DNA from: Hyaloraphidium curvatum SAG 235-1
Lineage: Eukaryota; Fungi; Monoblepharomycota
Direction of reading: 5' to 3'
Length of the DNA: 64,000 bases
Assembly: GCA_025558095.1 (NCBI GenBank)
Contig: JAIVFI010000008.1
Location: 1 to 64,000 of the forward strand
The position numbers and the translations under genes are program-made. This document shows positions 56,404 to 64,000 of this stretch, one piece after another. A model generated the notes under the pieces. That model worked only from the letters and a program-made list of their open reading frames with translations. It made no database searches and was not told where the DNA came from. How positions within the stretch are numbered: position 1 is the first letter of the stretch; each line of letters starts with the position of its first letter.

Positions 56404-57345
56404 ATGTGCGCGCCGACGCCGCTGGACGTTCTCGCGTGTGCCGCGCTCGGCCCCGCGGGCGGGAAGCGCCGCGCCGGGCCGCCGCCGCCGCGGGAGGCCA
56501 AGAAGGCGCGGTCGGGATCGCTCGCGTCGGACGCGACGGCCGTGGCCGCGCCGCTGCCGTCGCCGGCGTCCGAGACCACGGAGGTGCTGCACGGCGTGCC
56601 GGTCGTCACCGTCGTGCTGCGGCCCGGGGACGGCAAGGGGGAGGGGGACACCCGAGGCTCGCCGGCGGGGAACGCCCCCCCGGCAGCCCTGCCGCCCTCC
56701 AGGGACGACTGCCTGAACGGGATGATCGGTATGCCTTCGCCTGTGCTTGCTGGTGCCGGGGACCCGCCTAACCTCCCTCCCACTGTGTCAGACCTCGCGG
56801 TGCTCGTCCTCGCCGCCGCCTTCCCCTCCTCCGCCCGCCCGCACCCCTCCGCGCCCTCGTGCCCCCTCCGCGAATTCGTCGTGCGCATGCTCGCGCGCTC
56901 CGCCGCGCCCAGGCAGGTGTTCGACCTCGCGCTGCTCCTGCTGGTGCGCTTCTCCCGCGCGCCGGCGATGCCGGCGGAGCTGCGCGCGAGGTGCGGGAGG
57001 CGCATGTTCCTGGCCGCCCTGGTCGCCGCAAGCGGGTACCTGCTGGGCGACGGCCCGCCCGCGGACCCGGCGTGGGCGGCGGGGGTGTGCGGGCTCCCCG
57101 CCGCGGAAACCGCCCTGTGCAAAGCAGAGTTCCTGGCGCGGATCGGACACCGCCTCGCGTTCGACCCCGCCGAGTTCGCAGGGTGGTCTTCGGAGATCGG
57201 GAAGTGGGCCTTGTGGCTCGCCCGCGCGAGGGGGCTGGGCTCCGCGGGGCTCGAGGGGGAGGAGAAGGAGGCCGTGAGGGGGCTGGTGCGCAGGGGGGTG
57301 GCGGCGTGCCCGGCGGCGCTGTGGGCTGCTGCGGAGAGGGTTTGA
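56404..57345 (+). CDS. Pho85-type (Pcl5/Clg1-like) cyclin
   Basis: CGRRMFLAALVAASGYL.D....WA..CGL...E....K.EFL..I.HRL cyclin box; in-frame intron 56729-56791. Confidence 0.75.
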   Translation: MCAPTPLDVLACAALGPAGGKRRAGPPPPREAKKARSGSLASDATAVAAPLPSPASETTEVLHGVPVVTVVLRPGDGKGEGDTRGSPAGNAPPAALPPSRDDCLNGMIGMPSPVLAGAGDPPNLPPTVSDLAVLVLAAAFPSSARPHPSAPSCPLREFVVRMLARSAAPRQVFDLALLLLVRFSRAPAMPAELRARCGRRMFLAALVAASGYLLGDGPPADPAWAAGVCGLPAAETALCKAEFLARIGHRLAFDPAEFAGWSSEIGKWALWLARARGLGSAGLEGEEKEAVRGLVRRGVAACPAALWAAAERV

Positions 57346-57814
57346 CGGACGCTGCAAGGGTCGGTTTGGTTGGATGGAGGCGGAGATCGGGTTGGGAAGG
57401 CGGGCCGCAATGGAGCTGCGATTGGACTCGAGGGGGAGGATGCCATGCTTGGAATGCTGCCACGTGCTGCTTCGGTCAGCTGTTGTATCAAATGAGAAGA
57501 GCTGTCCCTTAGTGGTTTCGAGTCGGTAGAGGTTGAAGACGCCGGGCTTGCGGGTCGCCCCACCGCCGGTGACTTTCGTCTCCTTCCAGAGCAGGAGAAA
57601 GGACCTTTCTTGCGGCGCACACAGCTTCATCATCAACTCCGACATCCGCAAATGCACGCACCATTGTCCTGGAGAGTCCCGATGGGCAAGAACAAGGCCG
57701 AGCCACCGGCCGGGGTCCCCGCGCGCGCTGACCCGATCCGTCCGGCCCGCCGATTCCCGCCGCGCCGCGAAACAAACCCCGTCGCCCCTCCGCCGCATCG
57801 CCCCTCCCGCCGCG

Positions 57815-59152
57815 ATGCTCGCCACGGCGCCTTTGTGGGACTGGGACGCCGTGCGGCCGGTGTTCCTCTCGGCGTTCCGCGAGCCGCCGGCGCTGCCGAC
57901 GTCGCTCGACGCTCTGAAGAACGTCTACCTCAACGAGGACCCGCTGGTGACGGCCATCTGGGCGTGCCTGTTCCTCATGGCCGAGTGCTTCGTGGTCGCC
58001 ATCATCACCGACGACTACAGCCAGGGTGGGTGCCCCGACGGGGAGCAGGATCGGGACGCCGCTGACCCGGCTCCGCGCCCCCGATCCCGCCCCCCCGCCC
58101 GATCCCGCAGTCGACAGGCAGTGGTCCATCGTGCCCTTCGTCTACGCGTGGCACTTTGCCCTGCACGCCAACCCGATGCTGCTCACGGCGCTCTCGGAAC
58201 TCCGCGTGCCGCCGGCCGCGGACCTGACCAACCCGCGCGTAGTCCTCATTGCGGTGCTCACGACGCTGTGGGGGCTGAGGCTGACGTTCAATTTCTGGAG
58301 GAAGGGGGGGTACAACGGCGAGGAGGACTACCGCTGGATCGAGATGAAGAAGGTGGGTAGCAGGTGGGAACGGACGGGCCGGTCTGCCTGGCGGGAGCTC
58401 GAATCGGCCCGAATATCCGATTGGAGACGGTCGCCAACTGCTGCCGACCCGTCGCTGCCACGTTTTTCGCCGAATGCCATCTGACCCGACGACCCCCTCC
58501 AGCTCCTCCCCAAGCCCGCCTTCCACCTCCTCAACCTGACCTTCATCGCCACGCAGCAGCACGCCCTCCTCCTCGCCATCGTCCTCCCCGCGTACGTCTG
58601 CCTCCGCGCCGGCTTCGGGGGCTGGACCTCCCTGGACCTGTACGCCGCCGCCGGCTTCCTGGGCTTCCTCCTCGTCGAGACCTGGGCCGACGAGCAGCAG
58701 TGGGTGTTCCAGAACAAGAAGTACGCGGCGCGCAAGGGGGAGATCAAGCTCGCGGCCAACGACCCCGACGGGGCCGACATCGCCCGGGGGTTCCTGACGC
58801 GGGGGTGGTTCCGCTACACCCGGCACGCCAACTTCTGGGCCGAGCAGTCGATCTGGTGGGCCGTGTACCTCTTCTCGGTGGCCGCGGTGAGCAGGGGGAA
58901 GATCGAATGGGTCAACTGGTCCTGCGCGGGGGCGATCGGGCTCACGGGGCTGTTCCAGGTGGGTCGCCCCGGTCGCGCCGATGCCCGGTGCCGGGGCTGA
59001 TTCCGCGGTCGGGACAGGGTTCGACGTGGGTCACGGAGTGGTTCTCGATCCGCAAGTACCCCGACTACGAGGTCTACAAGCGGCGCGTGAGCAGGTTCCT
59101 GCCGCTGCCGCCGGACGAGACGGTGCCGTGGAAGTCGGGCAAGAAGGAGTGA
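57815..59152 (+). CDS. DUF1295 family membrane protein (steroid 5-alpha-reductase-like)
   Basis: DYSQVDRQWSI, WGLRLTFNFWRKGGY...EDYRW, ADEQQW.FQ, RHANFWAEQSIWW, KYPDY..Y..RVSRFLP. Introns 58026-58110, 58353-58502, 58959-59017. Confidence 0.88.
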
Positions 59153-59372
59153 AGGGATGGCCGGGCGACGCGGAAACACCCGCGGCGCGCGTTTTGGATG
59201 GGCGGCGATGGGCGAGGGGGATCCCGGAAGTCGGGACAGGAGCGGACTAGATCGAGAGCCACGACGACAAAGATCAAAAGGGTGTATGTGCCGGCTAATC
59301 CGTAATCGATACAATCAATCTTGCGCAAGAAGCCTCCCGCGGTGGTCGGGGAGGTCGAAGAGGGGCGGCGGA

Positions 59373-59955
59373 TCAAGGGGTGCGGGCCTTGTCGGCCTCG
59401 TTCTGCGTGGACGGGGGAGGGCTCGATCAGCACACCTCTGCGCAGAGGGAGCGCCCGCGTCCGCGCACCTGCATCTTGCTCCCGGCACCTTCGTTGCCCA
59501 TCACGGTGTCTTTCATGGACTGGAAGACGCCCTGTGAAAGGAGGGGGAGGGTGATCAGCACGATCACTGGGGGGAGGGGCGCGAGGGGAAGTGTACCTTG
59601 GACTCCTGCGGCTGGGCCTGCGCCGAAGTGAACCGGTAATTGGACGCGCGGTGAGTTGATCAATCCCCGTCCACGAGCCCGCAAGCGCCGCGCACCTTCC
59701 CGGCCATGTCGTCCGCCTTCCCGGTCAGCCCCTCCGAAATCTGCTGCCCGAGGCCCTTGGTGCTGTCCGGCTGCATCTGTTCCCCCTGAGCGTCAGCCTT
59801 CATGTCGCTACCGGTGTGCAGAAGGGTGCCGGACCTTCTCCTATGGAGGGGGAGGGAGGCGCAAGGTCAGTCATGCGACCTCCCGCGGCGGCCGGCGGCG
59901 GGGAACGGCGCACCTTGACCTGCTCGCCGGTGGACTTGCGCATAGGGTCGGACAT
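59373..59955 (-). CDS. HSP12: Hsp12/Hsp9-family small stress protein, 80 aa, 6 exons
   Basis: Exons 59914-59955, 59835-59840, 59696-59776, 59597-59617, 59469-59531, 59373-59402 give MSDPMRKSTGEQVKEKMQPDSTKGLGQQISEGLTGKADDMAGKAQPQESKGVFQSMKD..., colinear with yeast Hsp12 (MSD..RK..GE.....PDS.K....GKAD..AGK.QP...KGVFQ). Confidence 0.85.
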
Positions 59956-60257
59956 TTATGGCTTCAGGTGCGGTGGTGTGGAGTGCGGGGGAGCGGTGTT
60001 TGGGTTGGTGTTTCGTGCTGGGTTGCGTCGCGCGGGCGCTGACGTGTCGGTCGTGTCGGTCGCGGGCTTCTTTCGTTCCCTTGCATTGAAGCGAGTCCAC
60101 GTACGGGCCCGAAGGCGGCCGAAACAATCATCTAGGAGATTAGACGGATTTCTCGCAAGGCAGGTGCGAGCTAGACGCCTCTACTGAAGCATCTCGATCC
60201 ACGTCAAGAACATGATCTCCTGCCATATCGATCCGTTCAGAATGCAAACCGCAATGA

Positions 60258-62520
60258 TCAGTCCCCGGAACGACGGCGGCCTCCGCGCTCCGGTCCGCCC
60301 TGCCCGCGGCCGCCGGCCGCCACCGCATCCTGCATCTCCTCCGCCCCCATGCCAGCCACTTCGAACCCCATACCAGCCATTCCCTGCCGGGCCAGGTCTT
60401 CCACTTCCTCCTTCGGCCCGTCCGGAAGCTGCGCGACGATGCCCAGCGCGTGGAGGTACCCGTGCAGCACGGCGTTGTCCCCCCGCCGGCCCCGCGGGGG
60501 CCGGATGCCCACCATGGCCGGGGTCGCGCGGGCGGGGAAGTCGGCGGCCTCGGGCGCCTTACCGGCGAAAAAGGCCCCGCAGACGGCGACCACGGTATCC
60601 AAGGCACCGTCCGCCTCGAAGCGCTTCAGGTTGTAGTTGAAGTGCTCCAGCAGCGTCGCCCAAGCCCACGGCATCCGCAGCATGCTGGGCGGCAGCTGGT
60701 TGATGACTTCGAAGATGGCCCCGGCCCACTTGTCGCCCTTGAAGAGCTCGTTGATGATCGGGCGCAGCCGGACCATTTCCAGTTCCTCCTTGGGCACCGC
60801 CGACCACAGGTCGGCCACCGCGGCCACGTCCCCGCGCCTCACAAGGGGCCGGAAAGCGCACCACCACACGGCCCGGTTGAACGCGACCCCGGCTTCCCGG
60901 AAGCTCCGCACCGCTTCCTTCACCTCGAGGGCAGTGGATTCCGGGCCGACGACCGAGTCCAACAGCGCGAGCACGACACTCGGGGCGGTGTGCTTTCCCT
61001 GCTCCTTCAGGGCCGCAAACTGCTCCTTGGCCAGATCCGTCCGGCCGTGCAGCGCCCGGGCGCGCAGGAGCTGTGCCCTGACTATGTCGTTCGGCTCGAC
61101 GCCCCGTGCCGCCAACTCGGCCTCGAGCGCCCCGACCGCCGCGACATCCCCGCGCATGGAAGCGTCCTTGATGAGGGCTGCGTAGGAGGAGTTCAGGGCG
61201 TTCGGGCTGCCGAGGAAAAGCGGATCCTCGAGGAGCATGTCCAGGGCGGCCCTGGCCAGCCGCGGGTGCCCGCCGTCCACGAGCGCGGTGATGATGGCAC
61301 CCAGGTCGCCGTAGTTAATGCGGAGGGCGCCGGGACCGGCGTTTTCGGCGGCCCGGGCGCGCGAGAACCGTACGACAAGGGCAAAGAGCTGGAGAACCTT
61401 GCGCGTGCGGTTGACGGAACCCGGCTCCATGCCCGGGCGGCAAAGGTCGGCGATGGATTCTGCCTTTTGCGAGGCCACGAAGCTTTCGAGGGCCGCAGCG
61501 GGATCGTCGGCGACTTCCAGGGGGTCCGGTTTGCCGGTAAAGAACGGCCCCTTCCAACCTGGCGCCAACCATTGGAGGTCCGCGAGGGCGTCTCGGTTCG
61601 CCGGATAGCCAACCAAGTCTTCCGACGAACCGCGATTGGCGTTCCGGATGGCTTCCACAAATCGGAAGACCACCAGATGTGGCATGGTGACGGCCTCGCC
61701 AGCAGTGACCCGGTGAAGCAGGCTCAGGAACGCCGTGTAGTTGCCTGCTTCGGCAAGGCCGCGCAGCAGAAGCGCCTGCGACTGCGCCAGGGACCCGCCG
61801 CATGAACGGACGAAATCGATCGCTTGGACGCATCCCGCGTGATTGCTGGCCGGTAACGATCATTAACGATCAATGGCGATCGCCCGCGGCAACCCACGAG
61901 AGATCGGGCAAGCGCACCCTCAGGTAGTGATGAATGGAGTTCGTGCAGGGGGCCATGCCGGCGTCGGCGGCGGCCCTCATTATCTTCTCCGCCCGCCAGA
62001 CGGCTGTTCTCGCCAGACTGCGCGATCTGGACCGCGACAGCTGGTCTCCCTCCTTGTGCGCGCTCTCGAGGGCCCGTCCCGCGCCGTGCGTCACGAGGAA
62101 GACCACGTGGTCGACATCGGATGCGGCGAGGTCCTCCGCGGAGCCCAGCGCACTGTAGCTCTCCCAGACCGCTTCGGCGGTGGAACTCAAGGACGTGCCG
62201 AGCGCCTTCGCCCTGCTCTTGTCCACGAGGTCGCGGAAGCGCGCGAGCGCGGCCTCACGGTCCGCGGCGGCAGCGGAGCGGCCGTTGCCGCGCGTGCGGG
62301 GCGGCGACACACGTTTCGGGCGGTCGGAAGCTCGTGCCGAGAACGGGCGGCGCGGCAGGGCGCGCGGCCGGCACGATCCCGCGAAGCGCGTTGGAGGGGG
62401 CGCAAGGAGGAGCCGGCGCGGGTTCCCCACCCCGGCGGCCGCCCCGGTCTCGTCAAGAACGCGTGAAGCGGTAGCTAGGAGAGTAGAATAAACCCGCTGA
62501 AGGCCTCTAACGCCCATCAT
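60258..62520 (-). CDS. PPR-like alpha-solenoid protein with probable mitochondrial presequence (paralog 2 of 42435-46277)
   Basis: Shares GNYTAFL, DP.EVA.DP.AAL, IADL.RPGM, GG.PRLARAAL blocks with paralog 1. Phase-2 intron 61846-61897 lies at the equivalent position. Confidence 0.68.
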
Positions 62521-62647
62521 GTTGGATAGAATGAGCGATTTACTCGATCGCACGATCAAACAAGACAACACTGACAACGCCATCAAGATGCGTGGCAGGC
62601 TGCCCACTCCAGCCGCATTCCGGCCATCTTATGGCGTTCACCGATCT

Positions 62648-63985
62648 ATGAACACCGATGTTCTTCCCAGGCCTCGGCATGGGCAGTTATTGGGACGCGT
62701 CGTCGTGCCCGCGCCACGGGCTCTGTCCTCCTCCGCATCCTCACCGCCCGCGCCGTTCGACGAACATGTCGACCGCGGACCGCACTACGCCATGAAGCAT
62801 TGCCGCTACGCCCTCGCCAACTCCGCCCCCCCGCGTGCCGACGGGCACCCGAACGTGATCCCGATGTGGGTCGCCGACACCGAGTTCCGCTCCCCGCCCG
62901 CGGTGCTCGCGCGGCTGCGGTCGTACCTCGATTCGCACGGGGTGCTGGGGTACTCGCACCCGCACGAGGTGGCGCCGCTGGAGGTGTCGATCGTGCGGTG
63001 GCTGAAGGAGATGCACGGGTGGGACGTCGACCCAACTTGGATCGTGCACCTGCCCGGCGTCGTGCCGGGTTTCCACGCGGCCCTGATGGGGGTCAAGACG
63101 CCCGGAAGGGCCGAGGCGGCGCTGGTGCAGGCGCCCAACTACCCGCCACTGCTGGCTGCCCCCGGACGGTGCGGGTTCCTGGACTCGCGGATCGGGACGG
63201 TCATTTCCAACGCCACCGGCCGCCGGCGATGGGTGCTTGACTTTGGCGACCTGGAGCGCAAGGCCGCGGATCCCAAGGCCTCGGTGCTCCTCCTCTGCAA
63301 CCCCACCAACCCCACCGGCACGTCCCTCACCCCCTCGGAGCTCGCCCAGGTGGCCGACATCTGCACGCGACACGACCTGATCGCCGTCTCGGACGAAATC
63401 TGGTCCGACCTCGTGCTCGACGGCGCCAAGCACACCCCCGCGGGCTCCATCCCCCATCTGGCGGACAGGAGCATCACCCTCATGAGCCCGAGCAAGTCGT
63501 TCAACATCGCCGGCCTGGGCTACGCCTTTGCCGTCGTCCCCTCCAAACCCCTGCGTTCCAAGCTCAAGACGGCGATGCGGGGCATCGTGCCCGCCCCCGG
63601 CATCCTGCCCTGCCTCGCCGCCGCCGAGGCATACTCGGGCAGCTGCGACGCGTGGCTGGAGGAGCAGAGGGGGTACCTCCTCGGCAACGCCGAACTGCTC
63701 GCCGCGGCGGCGGGGGGGGCGGGCGGGCTGGTGGAGGTGGTACGCCCCGAGGCGACCTTTCTCGCGTGGCTGGACTGCACCGCCCTCGCGCGCGAGCTCG
63801 GGTTGAGCGAAGGGGTGCAGGGCTTCTTCGAAAAGGCGGGGCTGGGGCCGAGCCCGGGGATGGATTTCGGGGGAAGCGGGTGGAAGGACTGGGCGAGGAT
63901 CAACTTTGGGGCGCCCAGGGGGACGGTGCAGGCGGCCCTGGCGAGGTTGGGGGAGGCGGTCAGGGCCGCGACGGGCGACCGGTGA
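62648..63985 (+). CDS. PLP-dependent C-S lyase/aminotransferase, bacterial MalY/PatB (cystathionine beta-lyase) type
   Basis: IPMWVADTEF, LCNPTNPTG, SDEIWSDL, SPSKSFNIAGL (PLP lysine), PEATFLAWLD, RINFG; intronless. Start uncertain (62588, 62648 or 62792). Confidence 0.88.
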   Translation: MNTDVLPRPRHGQLLGRVVVPAPRALSSSASSPPAPFDEHVDRGPHYAMKHCRYALANSAPPRADGHPNVIPMWVADTEFRSPPAVLARLRSYLDSHGVLGYSHPHEVAPLEVSIVRWLKEMHGWDVDPTWIVHLPGVVPGFHAALMGVKTPGRAEAALVQAPNYPPLLAAPGRCGFLDSRIGTVISNATGRRRWVLDFGDLERKAADPKASVLLLCNPTNPTGTSLTPSELAQVADICTRHDLIAVSDEIWSDLVLDGAKHTPAGSIPHLADRSITLMSPSKSFNIAGLGYAFAVVPSKPLRSKLKTAMRGIVPAPGILPCLAAAEAYSGSCDAWLEEQRGYLLGNAELLAAAAGGAGGLVEVVRPEATFLAWLDCTALARELGLSEGVQGFFEKAGLGPSPGMDFGGSGWKDWARINFGAPRGTVQAALARLGEAVRAATGDR

Positions 63986-64000
63986 TTACAGACTCAGCAC

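Noticed and set aside
51964-59152. P450 + amidase + DUF1295 as a secondary-metabolite cluster
   Set aside because: No backbone synthase, transporter or cluster TF, and a cyclin interrupts the run.
1-64000. tRNA, rRNA, transposase or LTR elements
   Set aside because: No cloverleaf, rRNA-like tract, terminal repeats or transposase/RT motifs recognised by eye; small ncRNAs cannot be excluded without covariance searches.

Overview
Gene-dense, very GC-rich eukaryotic DNA with many short (about 45-85 nt) GT-AG introns carrying CTRAC branch sites. An 8-TM TOK K+ channel, a Hsp12/Hsp9 gene, a Pcl-type cyclin and a fungal TF middle-homology domain point to a fungus. Intron style and the Sel1/MYND/F-box content suggest an early-diverging lineage such as a monoblepharid (inference only). 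I reconstructed about 30 protein-coding genes by hand, many of them split or missed by the ORF track, plus several decaying gene relics. I saw no rRNA, tRNA, CRISPR array or recognisable transposon. Most notable: (i) a 4-19 kb block of bacterial-type enzymes adapted to the secretory pathway (tandem membrane-anchored FkbM-type methyltransferases, a GH110-like beta-helix protein, an intronless indoleacetamide-hydrolase-like amidase, a secreted N-formylglutamate-amidohydrolase-like protein); (ii) a secreted protein with GH19/lysozyme-like motifs; (iii) two paralogous PPR-like proteins built from an unnamed module of about 210 aa; (iv) a six-exon Hsp12 gene with a 6-nt microexon; (v) two small proteins sharing a CxH..GACxxC motif; (vi) a 1-nt intron shift at the catalytic Tyr codon between two SDR paralogs. 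All family calls come from recognising motifs by eye; no searches were run.
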